Assembly (NCBI GenBank): GCA_964587175.1
Contig: CAZPKK010000003.1
Span: 1 to 60,900 of the forward strand
Direction: 5' to 3'
DNA length: 60,900 nucleotides
DNA from: an uncultured Clostridium sp.
GTDB taxonomy: Bacteria > Bacillota > Clostridia > TANB77 > CAG-508
The position numbers were made by a program, and so were the translations under genes. The notes below the pieces were generated by a model. It made no database searches. It was not told the DNA's origin and worked only from the letters and a program-made list of their open reading frames with translations. Shown in pieces: positions 38,387 to 46,800 of this stretch (within the stretch, counting starts at the first letter, position 1; the number at the start of each line of letters is the position of its first letter).

Positions 38387-39424
38387 ATGAAAGTAAATAA
38401 TAGTTTAGTTCAAAATAAAGAGGATAAAAAAGTAAGTTTTAGTAATTTCTTAACAAATCAATTTGTACAAAAAAAAATATATGAAGTTGTAGGAAAAGAT
38501 AGTCAAAAATTTATGACATCAATTTTATCTGCAGTGACAAATAATCCTACTTTGCAAGAATGTGACTCTATGAGTATTCTTAACTGTGCATTTTTAGGAG
38601 AAGGGCTAAAATTAAGTCCTAGTCCACAGTTGGGGCAATATTATATGGTGCCTTTTAAAGACAATAAAAAAGGATGTAAAGTAGCTCAATTCCAGTTAGG
38701 ATATAAAGGCTATATACAATTAGCAGAAAGAAGTGGATATTATAAAAAAATTAATGTATTAGCAATAAAAGAAGGAGAACTAATAAAATATGATCCGTTA
38801 AATGAAGAAATAGAAGTAAATATAATTGAAGATGAAGAACTAAGAGAAGAAACTCTAGCAGTAGGTTACTATGCAATGTTTGAATACATGAACGGTTTTA
38901 GAAAAGCTATTTACTGGAGTAAAAAGAAAATGCTAAATCACGCTGATAAATATTCGCAAGCTTTTAATAAAGAATCTTATTTTAAATTACTAGCTGGAGA
39001 GATACCTCAAGAAGATATGTGGAAATATTCTTCTTATTGGTACAAAGATTTTGATGGAATGGCTTTTAAAACCATGTTAAGACAACTAATAAGCAAGTGG
39101 GGAATTATGAGTATAGATATGCAAAGGGCTTATGAAAATGATATGGCAGCAATACAAGATGATGGACAACCTTATTACATAGAAAATGATAAAGAAGAGC
39201 AAGCAGAGGATGAGAATCCAATAAATATTATTATAGACACTGAAACAAAACAAAATGAAAATACAGAGAATATAGAAGAAAAACCAAAAAGAACTAGAAA
39301 AACAACAAAAGTAATAGAAAAATCAGAAGAAAATGATATACAAAAATCAAAAGAAAAAGAAGAAGCAGAAGAAACTAGATTTTTAATTGATAAAGATATA
39401 GAAAATGCATTCTTTAACAATTAA
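38387..39424 (+). CDS. recT: RecT-family single-strand annealing protein
   Basis: QFQLGYKGYIQLAERSGYYKKI is RecT-typical. The C-terminal tail is acidic/Lys-rich. Confidence 0.85.
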   Translation: MKVNNSLVQNKEDKKVSFSNFLTNQFVQKKIYEVVGKDSQKFMTSILSAVTNNPTLQECDSMSILNCAFLGEGLKLSPSPQLGQYYMVPFKDNKKGCKVAQFQLGYKGYIQLAERSGYYKKINVLAIKEGELIKYDPLNEEIEVNIIEDEELREETLAVGYYAMFEYMNGFRKAIYWSKKKMLNHADKYSQAFNKESYFKLLAGEIPQEDMWKYSSYWYKDFDGMAFKTMLRQLISKWGIMSIDMQRAYENDMAAIQDDGQPYYIENDKEEQAEDENPINIIIDTETKQNENTENIEEKPKRTRKTTKVIEKSEENDIQKSKEKEEAEETRFLIDKDIENAFFNN

Positions 39425-39491
39425 CAACTAAGGGCAGACACAAAATCTGCCCTTAATTAATAAGTGTGATATACGAAAGGAGAAAAAGACA

Positions 39492-40235
39492 ATGGCAGAC
39501 AGTAAAGAGAGTTTTGTTTTTTATAAAAGTTTTTATAAGGCAATAAAAAAAATACCGAAAAAATATCAATTAGAATTATATGATGCTATTGCTCAATATT
39601 CACTAACAGGAAATGAGCCAGAAAATCTAAGTGGTACTGCTTCTGCTATGTTTGTCCTTATAAAACCTAATATAGATAGTTCACAAAGAAGATATGAGGC
39701 TAGCGTAGAAAATGGTAAAAAAGGTGGAAGACCAAAAAAAGACCCTCAAAAAAAACCTAATCAAAACCCAGAAGAAACCCAAAAAAAACCTAATCAAAAC
39801 CTTAATGTAGATGTTGCTGTAGATGATAATGTAGATGTAAATGTAAATGATAATGTAGATGTTGATGATAATATAAATTTTTCAAAAATAATTCGAGAAT
39901 ATGAAGAAAATATTGCACCAATAACAGCAACAGCTAAAGAAATTTTACAAAGTTATTATGAGGATTTAGGACCAGAACTCCTAATAGAAGCAATAAGACG
40001 AGCGTCTTTAGCAAATAAACGAAATTGCAAATATATACAAGGAATACTGAACAGTTGGATTAACAAAGGTTTTAAAACTCTGGTTGAAGTAAAAAGTGAA
40101 GAAGAGGAGTTTAAAAATAAAAAATCTACAAAGGAAACTAATAAAAAAGGTTATAACAATTATTCTCAGAGAGATCCTGAGATGATAGATTTTAATAAAC
40201 TTTATGCAAATATGCCTCCAGGAGAAATGACATGA
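39492..40235 (+). CDS. Replisome organiser / DnaD-domain replication protein
   Basis: The N-terminus is of the FVFYKSFYKAIKKIP type. The C-terminal DnaD-like block is NCKYIQGILNSWINKG. The central linker is repetitive. Confidence 0.7.
   Translation: MADSKESFVFYKSFYKAIKKIPKKYQLELYDAIAQYSLTGNEPENLSGTASAMFVLIKPNIDSSQRRYEASVENGKKGGRPKKDPQKKPNQNPEETQKKPNQNLNVDVAVDDNVDVNVNDNVDVDDNINFSKIIREYEENIAPITATAKEILQSYYEDLGPELLIEAIRRASLANKRNCKYIQGILNSWINKGFKTLVEVKSEEEEFKNKKSTKETNKKGYNNYSQRDPEMIDFNKLYANMPPGEMT
39747..39862 (+). repeat. Direct repeats inside the replisome organiser gene (candidate ori iterons)
   Basis: The 22-mer CAAAAAAAACCTAATCAAAACC occurs at 39747 and 39780. GATAATGTAGATGT occurs at 39824 and 39849, with AATGTAGATGT at 39804. 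Confidence 0.5.
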
Positions 40236-40357
40236 AAGAAAAACAACTAAAAGGTATATGTCCAACTTGTTTAGGCTGTAATAGGTTAGAAGATATAAAC
40301 TTTGAAGGGTGCAATGAGTGTAATAATTACATGAAGCGGAAAAAATACGGCAAATGA
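40232..40357 (+). CDS. Small Cys-rich (CxxC..CxxC) protein, 41 aa
   Basis: The ATGA start overlaps the upstream stop. The sequence contains ICPTCLGC...CNEC. Confidence 0.35.
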   Translation: MKEKQLKGICPTCLGCNRLEDINFEGCNECNNYMKRKKYGK

Positions 40358-40408
40358 TTATATATTACAAATCAAGAAAAATTTAGGAATAGGAGAACAG
40401 ATGAGAAT

Positions 40409-40880
40409 ATGAAGATTTTAGCGATAGATCCAGGAAATTTAGAAAGTGCATATTGCTTAATGGATAGTGAAACATATAAGCCACTTGAATTTGGAAAAAT
40501 AGATAATAAGCAATTAAGATATGGCTTATATAATGCAGAATATGATGTTTTGATAATAGAAATGATAGCAAGTTACCGGCATGGCAGTAGGACAAACAGT
40601 TTTTGAAACTTGTGTATGGATAGGTAGATTTAAAGAAATAGCAAAGTTTAACGACGTAAAAGTGGAATATGTTTACAGAAAAGATGAAAAAATGAATTTA
40701 TGCTATTCGATGAAAGCTAAAGATAGCAACATAAGACAAGCTCTAATAGATAGATTTGGAGTGGTTGGTACGAAGAAAAATCCAGGTTGGTTTTATGGAT
40801 TTAAAAAGGATATATGGTCTGCCTATGCTGTAGGAGTTACTTATTGCGACAATTTTTTAAAACAAACACGAAGAGAATAG
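40409..40880 (+). pseudogene. RuvC-like Holliday junction resolvase, frameshifted
   Basis: MKILAIDPGNLESAY...IIEMIASY joins the next ORF at (G)[17 protein letters not shown]. An extra C lies at about 40576-40577. Confidence 0.55.
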
Positions 40881-40894
40881 AAAGGAAAAATATT

Positions 40895-41179
40895 ATGGAT
40901 TTTAGAGAAATTGAAGAAAAACAAAAAATCAATAAAATAAAAGCAAAAAATGATTGCCTAGTATGTGAAGTTGTTATAACAAAAGAATTTAAAGAAGCAC
41001 CAATATCTATCATAGAAGGAAATGGAGGGCCTATTGAAATGGCTCAAATGGTTAAAACACTGGTTGATGTTGCAAACCAATTAAAAGAGAATTTTCCAGA
41101 AGTAAAAGGAATTATCCCAATATTGAATGAGCGTGGAGGAATGAAAATGGAATACAAAAGAGTTGAAAGAAGGGAATAG
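40895..41179 (+). CDS. Hypothetical protein
   Basis: ATG 40895 follows GAAAGGAAAAA. The longer track ORF overlaps the upstream gene. Confidence 0.5.
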   Translation: MDFREIEEKQKINKIKAKNDCLVCEVVITKEFKEAPISIIEGNGGPIEMAQMVKTLVDVANQLKENFPEVKGIIPILNERGGMKMEYKRVERRE

Positions 41180-41182
41180 TTT

Positions 41183-41621
41183 ATGAATAATAAAAGAGCA
41201 AAAGACAAACTGATTAAATTATATGGTGCAGAATGTTTTATAGAAAAACTGCATCTGCGAATAGATAAAGAGCCACGTAAATACACAGGCAAAGGGCAAT
41301 ACAAGAGAATGAAACAGCTTACATATCATCATATTCGAGAGAAAAGAAATCGGAGGAAAAGCAACAGTAGAGAACGGTGCGTTACTAAGTGCAGAAAATC
41401 ATGTGTGGTTTCATAAACAAAGTAAAAAGGCACAAAAGCAGATGAATGAGTTATTTCAGCAATATAAAGCAAGTGTAGAATGTGAAGTTAAATTTGTAGA
41501 TGATTTAAAAACACGATTTAGCGTAGCAAGTGCAATTATAGTTTCAGCAGAAATGGAAAAAGGATATAACAGAGCTAGAGAAAAAAGAGAATGGAAAAGA
41601 GAAATAGAGGAGGAAAGATAG
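41183..41621 (+). pseudogene. HNH endonuclease, frameshifted in an A-run
   Basis: LTYHHIREK is followed in the +1 frame by EIGGKATVENGALLSAENHVWFH, so the HNH motif is split. The break is at the AAAA run 41342-41345. Confidence 0.7.
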
Positions 41622-41777
41622 ATGATAATAGGATTAATAGTAGAAGGTATGGACGAAATAAAAGATATAAAAGTATGTGAATATTGTATTAATAAAGAGT
41701 TTTACTGTGACGACGGAAGTAAATGTAAAGAAAATATAAAACAATATTTTGAAAAAAAAGCGACAAATGACGGTTAA
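41622..41777 (+). CDS. Small Cys-containing protein, 51 aa
   Basis: The ATG abuts the upstream stop, and the SD is GGAGGAAAG. Confidence 0.35.
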   Translation: MIIGLIVEGMDEIKDIKVCEYCINKEFYCDDGSKCKENIKQYFEKKATNDG

Positions 41778-41810
41778 AAGCGATAAAATTTATGGATTTT
41801 GAAAACAAAG

Positions 41811-41874
41811 TGAACAGTAATGGACAGTAGTGAACAGTAATTAATTAGTAACTGATTAGTAATTGACTAGTAAT
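41811..41874 (+). repeat. Array of six ~11-nt TGAnnAGTAAT-like direct repeats
   Basis: The units are tgaacagtaat, ggacagtag, tgaacagtaat, taattagtaac, tgattagtaat, tgactagtaat. Confidence 0.6.
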
Positions 41875-41900
41875 TAAACTGTAGAAAGGAGAAAAGAAGA

Positions 41901-42083
41901 ATGAATAAACGTACGATAAAAGAATGGGAAACAGAAACTGGCGTTGTTTTAAGAGAAAATAGAAATAGTGACAAAATTACAGAGAAGCAATTTAAGAGAA
42001 GAATAAAAAGCGAATATGTAAAATGTAAAACAGAAAAAGGTCTATTGTATATGAATGAAATAAAAGGAAAAGGAGGAAAGTAA
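41901..42083 (+). CDS. Hypothetical protein
   Basis: ORF with an AAAGGAG SD. Confidence 0.45.
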   Translation: MNKRTIKEWETETGVVLRENRNSDKITEKQFKRRIKSEYVKCKTEKGLLYMNEIKGKGGK

Positions 42084-42084
42084 T

Positions 42085-42204
42085 ATGAGTACAGTATTGA
42101 TAACATTAATTATTGCAATAACAGTAATGTATATTGCAGAAAAAATCGCAGATGTATTTGAATCAAAGTATAAAAGAGAAGAAAAAGAAAGAGAGGAGGA
42201 ATAA
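42085..42204 (+). CDS. Small membrane protein, 39 aa
   Basis: The SD is AGGAGGAAAG. A hydrophobic N-terminus is followed by a charged tail. Confidence 0.35.
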   Translation: MSTVLITLIIAITVMYIAEKIADVFESKYKREEKEREEE

Positions 42205-42205
42205 T

Positions 42206-42466
42206 ATGAAACCAGTTGATTTTGAAGATAAAAACCTGGTACTAACAGCACCAGGCTGTGGTCCATTGCCAGCTTTACAAACAAAAGATAATTGTATTGT
42301 AACTTGTTGGGAAATGAGTGAGAAAGAAATGAAAGAATTTCAAAAAACAGGAAGAATTTGGTTGTCAGTAATAAGTTTAAAACATCCACCTGTTTGTATG
42401 TCTGTAGAACAACCTTACACGATGTTTAAAGAAGAGATTAATAAAAATGATGAATCAAAAGATTAA
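42206..42466 (+). CDS. Hypothetical protein
   Basis: ATG 42206 follows GAGGAGG. Confidence 0.5.
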   Translation: MKPVDFEDKNLVLTAPGCGPLPALQTKDNCIVTCWEMSEKEMKEFQKTGRIWLSVISLKHPPVCMSVEQPYTMFKEEINKNDESKD

Positions 42467-42492
42467 ACGTTGAGAAGAAAGAGGTGCTTTTT

Positions 42493-43080
42493 ATGAGTGA
42501 AAAGAGCAAAAGAATAGAAGTTGATCCTATTTTGTACAGCATCATTCAAAACAGTGTAACTGTAGGTGTTAACGAAGGAATAGTAAGAGCAGTAGAAAAT
42601 ATTGAGAAGCAGAGAGATTTATTGCAAAAAATAAATTATGATAATAGAGTAAGAAACACCAGATTATTGTTATCTAACTATTTGAATTTTAAAAGGCATA
42701 TTAATACATCTATATATACAGAGAAACAGTTAAGTACAGAAGAAACTAGCGACATCCTCGATAAAATAGGAATAGATGTAGATAATTTCGATAAAACAAT
42801 AGTAGAGTCAATTTTAAAGTCTAAAAAAAGAACTGAGATCATATTAGAGCATATTGATACAATCTTAGATGGTTATATGTTAAATGCATCTAAAAGAGAT
42901 GATTTAGAGTTAAAAAGAAGAGCAGATGTCGTTGAAAAATTTTACAGAGAAGGGAAAAGATTGGACCAAGTTTCAAAAGAAATTCACGCAAGTATAAGTA
43001 CAACAAAACGAGATAAAGCTAGAGCTATAAATGAAATCGCAATTTTAATGTTTGGAATAGATGGTATAAAATTTATGTAA
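42493..43080 (+). CDS. Putative late-gene regulator (sigma region-4/ArpU-like HTH)
   Basis: It is the last gene before the packaging module. The C-terminus RLDQVSKEIHASISTTKRDKARAINEIA looks like a sigma region-4 HTH. Confidence 0.45.
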   Translation: MSEKSKRIEVDPILYSIIQNSVTVGVNEGIVRAVENIEKQRDLLQKINYDNRVRNTRLLLSNYLNFKRHINTSIYTEKQLSTEETSDILDKIGIDVDNFDKTIVESILKSKKRTEIILEHIDTILDGYMLNASKRDDLELKRRADVVEKFYREGKRLDQVSKEIHASISTTKRDKARAINEIAILMFGIDGIKFM

Positions 43081-43100
43081 ACAATGAGCTAAAGTTAAAC

Positions 43101-43129
43101 TTGAAATGAACTTGTCAATGTTTTATAAT
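43101..43129 (+). promoter_or_regulatory. Sigma-A-type promoter upstream of the packaging genes
   Basis: TTGAAA, a 17-nt spacer, then TATAAT. Confidence 0.55.
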
Positions 43130-43198
43130 AGTAGTATCAAAAAATGTCTAATATTTAATAAAAGTGCAAAAGACATAAAAAATTCCAAGATATTTCCT

Positions 43199-43233
43199 CA
43201 GAAAGAGACACTATTTTTAGTGTTTCTTTTTTT
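43199..43233 (+). terminator. Intrinsic terminator about 100 nt downstream of that promoter
   Basis: Stem gaaagagacact/agtgtttcttt followed by a T-run. Confidence 0.6.
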
Positions 43234-43245
43234 GTTGATATGTAG

Positions 43246-43356
43246 AGGATAAGGACCTGTTATATGATGGAAATAGACACCAAATATTGTGACGTTATTA
43301 TAAAAAGATGGGAAACATTAACAGGGGAAAAAGCAAAATTAATAATGCGAAAGTAG
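43246..43356 (+). pseudogene. C-terminal relic of a DNA methyltransferase
   Basis: RTCYMMEIDTKYCDVIIKRWETLTGEKAKLI resembles the conserved C-terminus of phage N4/N6 methylases (..EID..Y.DV...RW...TG..A). No upstream catalytic part is present. Confidence 0.45.
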
Positions 43357-43373
43357 GTGGGCGGTGAAATGCT

Positions 43374-44048
43374 GTGGAAGAAAAAATTAAAAAAGATTAT
43401 TTAGCTGGTGAGAAATACAAGGAAATATGTAAAAAACACAGTATAACCCCTAACCAACTAAAATATTTAATAGCAAAAAATAAGTGGAAAAGAAAAAGTA
43501 ATCGTAGTAAAGCACAGAAAGGAAATAAAAATGCTGTAGGAAACAAGGGTGGACATGCTCCTAAAAAAAACAAAAATGCTGTAAAAACAGGAGAACACGA
43601 AAACATTTTTGATACTGTTATTAATGAAAATGAGCAAAATATTTTAAACAGTAAAGGAATAGGGAGAGTAGAAGAAACAATATTACAGGAAATAAAAATA
43701 TTAACAATAAGAGAAAAGAGAATGTTAGCAAGAATAAAAGAGTTAAAAGAAAAAAATAGAGATATGACAATAATGAAAATCCATAAAGATAAAGAAGGAA
43801 CGTCTACAGATATAGAACATACTCTTCATTTAATAAATAAAATAGAAGAAGGATTAACAAGAGTTCAAGAGTCAAAAAGGAGATGTATAGAAAGTTTTAA
43901 TAAAATTGGACTAGATAATGAGAGATTAAAACTAGAAAAAGAAAGACTTAAAATTGAAAAGAAAAGATTAGAACTAGAACTACAAAAACAAGATGGAGAA
44001 GAAATAGAAGATACTACAGAAACGGATGCTGATTTGTATGGTAATTAA
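43374..44048 (+). CDS. terS: Terminase small subunit
   Basis: An N-terminal HTH is present (YKEICKKHSITPNQLKYLIAKNKW). The gene lies immediately upstream of terL. The start is GTG. Confidence 0.7.
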   Translation: MEEKIKKDYLAGEKYKEICKKHSITPNQLKYLIAKNKWKRKSNRSKAQKGNKNAVGNKGGHAPKKNKNAVKTGEHENIFDTVINENEQNILNSKGIGRVEETILQEIKILTIREKRMLARIKELKEKNRDMTIMKIHKDKEGTSTDIEHTLHLINKIEEGLTRVQESKRRCIESFNKIGLDNERLKLEKERLKIEKKRLELELQKQDGEEIEDTTETDADLYGN

Positions 44049-45384
44049 AACTGTAAAGAGGAAAAAGACAATACCTTTTAATTTTAGTGAAAAACATAAA
44101 GACTATATAAGGAATTGCCAAAACTGCACTTTCAATATTGCTGAGGGAGCAGTAAGAGCTGGAAAAACAGTTGATAATATATATGCTTTTGCTCACGAAT
44201 TAAAAGATACGAAAGATAAAATACATTTAGCAACAGGCTCAACTAGTGCAAATGCGAAATTAAATATAGGAGATGCAAATGGTTTTGGATTAGAATATAT
44301 TTTTAGAGGGCAAAGTCATTGGGGGAAATTTAAAGGTAATGAATGTTTGTATATTAAAGGCCCAGATACTAATTATAAACAAAGAATAATAATTTTCGCT
44401 GGTGCTGCAAAAGAAGATAGTTACAAAAAAATTCGTGGTAATTCGTATGGAATGTGGATAGCTACAGAAATAAATTTACATCATGACAATACAATAAAGG
44501 AAGCATTTAACAGACAATTAGCAGCACAAAAAAGAAAAATATTTTGGGACTTAAACCCTGACAATCCCAATGCAGATATTTATACAAAATATATAGATTT
44601 ATATGCTAAAAAAGATAAAGAAGGAATCCTTCTTGGCGGATACAATTATCAGCATTTTACAATATTTGATAATATAAATATCCCTGATTTAAGGAAACAA
44701 GAAATAATAAGTCAATATGATCCTAATTCAATTTGGTATTTACGAGATATTTTAGGCAAAAGATGTATTGCTGAAGGTTTATGTTATAGAACATTTGCAA
44801 ATGCTCCAACAAAATATAGAATAACAAGAGAAGAGGCAAAGAAGAGAATATCTCAAATTATTATATCAGTTGACTTTGGCGGAAATGGCTCTGGTCATGC
44901 TTTTGTCGCTACAGGAATAAGCAGAGATTACAAAGATGTAATTGCTTTGGCTAGTGAAAGACATTTTGGAGATATAGATCCAAATAAATTAGGAGAACTT
45001 TTTGTAGATTTTGTATTAAAAATTATAAATGTATACGGTATGATAGATATGTGTTATGCAGATAGTGCTGAGCAAACCTTGATAAGAGGTTTAAGAACAG
45101 CATTATTAAATGCAAAAATCTCATTAGCAGTTGATAATGCGTGGAAAAGTGAAATAAGAGAAAGAATAAGAGTTACAAATAGACTATTTGGACAAAGAAG
45201 ATTATTTCTTACAGATGACTGCGAAACGCTTGAAACAGCATTTTGTACAGCAGTTTGGAATCCGAAAGAATTGACTAAAGATGAGAGATTAGATGACGGA
45301 AGCTCTGATATAGATTCATTAGATGCATTTGAATATACGATTGAGAGATTTATTGATCTTTTAATTTTGACGGAGGTAGTATAA
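44026..45384 (+). CDS. terL: Terminase large subunit (PBSX-type)
   Basis: A Walker A-like motif is present (AEGAVRAGKT). The length and position fit terL. The start may be ATG 44038. Confidence 0.88.
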   Translation: MLICMVIKTVKRKKTIPFNFSEKHKDYIRNCQNCTFNIAEGAVRAGKTVDNIYAFAHELKDTKDKIHLATGSTSANAKLNIGDANGFGLEYIFRGQSHWGKFKGNECLYIKGPDTNYKQRIIIFAGAAKEDSYKKIRGNSYGMWIATEINLHHDNTIKEAFNRQLAAQKRKIFWDLNPDNPNADIYTKYIDLYAKKDKEGILLGGYNYQHFTIFDNINIPDLRKQEIISQYDPNSIWYLRDILGKRCIAEGLCYRTFANAPTKYRITREEAKKRISQIIISVDFGGNGSGHAFVATGISRDYKDVIALASERHFGDIDPNKLGELFVDFVLKIINVYGMIDMCYADSAEQTLIRGLRTALLNAKISLAVDNAWKSEIRERIRVTNRLFGQRRLFLTDDCETLETAFCTAVWNPKELTKDERLDDGSSDIDSLDAFEYTIERFIDLLILTEVV

Positions 45385-45387
45385 TAA

Positions 45388-46800
45388 ATGTTTAATAAAA
45401 TTTTAGGGTGGATAAGGAGTGTAATAAATAAAATGCTTAATATTAACATAGGAACAAAGTTTAAAGTGGATGTTGCTATTTCAAATGAAATGATAACAGC
45501 AAAAAACGCATGGGAAAATTTATACAAAGATGAGGCTAGATGGTTAAATGAAGACGTAATTAGTTGTGGACTTCCAGCAGCTATTGCCAGAGAATTTGCG
45601 ACATCAGCATTAGTAGAATTTGAAAGTGATATTACTGGTAGTGAAAGAGCAGATTTTTTAAATGAAACATATAAGAAAATGAAAAAGAAATTAAGAAAAA
45701 ACCTTGAATATGGCTGTGCCTTAGGAGACATGGTTTTTAAACCTTATGTCGCAAATAATAAATTAATAATAGACGTAGTAAAAGGTACTAATTTTTTCCC
45801 TGTTGAGTATGATAGCAACGAAGATTGTACTGCAGGAATTTTTGTTAGTAGGAAAATAGAAGGTAAATATTATTTCACTAGACTAGAATATCATAAATTA
45901 GATGTAAATAAGAAACAGTATAAGATAGTAAATAAAGCTTATATGAGTACAACAGAAGAAATTCTTGGTCAAGAAATATCTCTAAAAACTGTTTCTGACT
46001 GGACGGATATAGAAAGTGAAGTTACTATTGAAAATGTTGAAAAAGTTTTATTTGGTTACTTTAGAGTTCCCTTAGCAAATACAATAGATATAGATAGTCC
46101 TAATGGTGTATCTGTATATTCAAGAGCAATAAGATTAATAGAAGAAGCAGATAAACAATTTTCAAGGCTTTTATGGGAATTTGAAGGATCAGAATTAGCT
46201 ATAGATGCAGATCCAACAGCATTACAAAGTAGCAAAATAATGACAGATAAATTAGAGTTACCAAAATTAAAAGAAAGACTGTTTAGAGCCGGAGGAGGAA
46301 CTAGCAGAGATGGTAAAAACTTTTATGAAGTTTTTAGTCCAGCAATAAGAGAAACAGATTTATACAAAGGATTTAATGATATTCTTAAACGAATAGAGTT
46401 TGTCTGTGGACTAGCCTATGGAACTATATCAGATCCAGAAATGATAGAAAAAACTGCAACAGAGATAAATAGTGCAAAGCAAAGAAGTTATGCAACTATC
46501 AAAGATATTCAAAGAGCTTTAGAAGATGCATTAGAAGATACCATATATGCCATGGATATTTTAACAACATTATATAAATTAGCTCCTATTGGAAATTTTG
46601 AAATTAACTATACATGGGATGATAGCATATTAGTTGATGCTAAAGAAGAACAAACTATAATGATGCAGGAAGCCAACATGGGATACATAAAGAAAGAAAT
46701 CTATCTAATGAAACGTTATGGAGTGACAGAGGAACAAGCAAGAGAAATGATGCCGGTACAGGAAAGTGAGCAACAGGATAATGAAGAAGATGAAGAGTAG
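45388..46800 (+). CDS. Portal protein (SPP1 gp6-like)
   Basis: The protein is 470 aa, follows terL, and has an acidic C-terminus. Confidence 0.85.
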   Translation: MFNKILGWIRSVINKMLNINIGTKFKVDVAISNEMITAKNAWENLYKDEARWLNEDVISCGLPAAIAREFATSALVEFESDITGSERADFLNETYKKMKKKLRKNLEYGCALGDMVFKPYVANNKLIIDVVKGTNFFPVEYDSNEDCTAGIFVSRKIEGKYYFTRLEYHKLDVNKKQYKIVNKAYMSTTEEILGQEISLKTVSDWTDIESEVTIENVEKVLFGYFRVPLANTIDIDSPNGVSVYSRAIRLIEEADKQFSRLLWEFEGSELAIDADPTALQSSKIMTDKLELPKLKERLFRAGGGTSRDGKNFYEVFSPAIRETDLYKGFNDILKRIEFVCGLAYGTISDPEMIEKTATEINSAKQRSYATIKDIQRALEDALEDTIYAMDILTTLYKLAPIGNFEINYTWDDSILVDAKEEQTIMMQEANMGYIKKEIYLMKRYGVTEEQAREMMPVQESEQQDNEEDEE

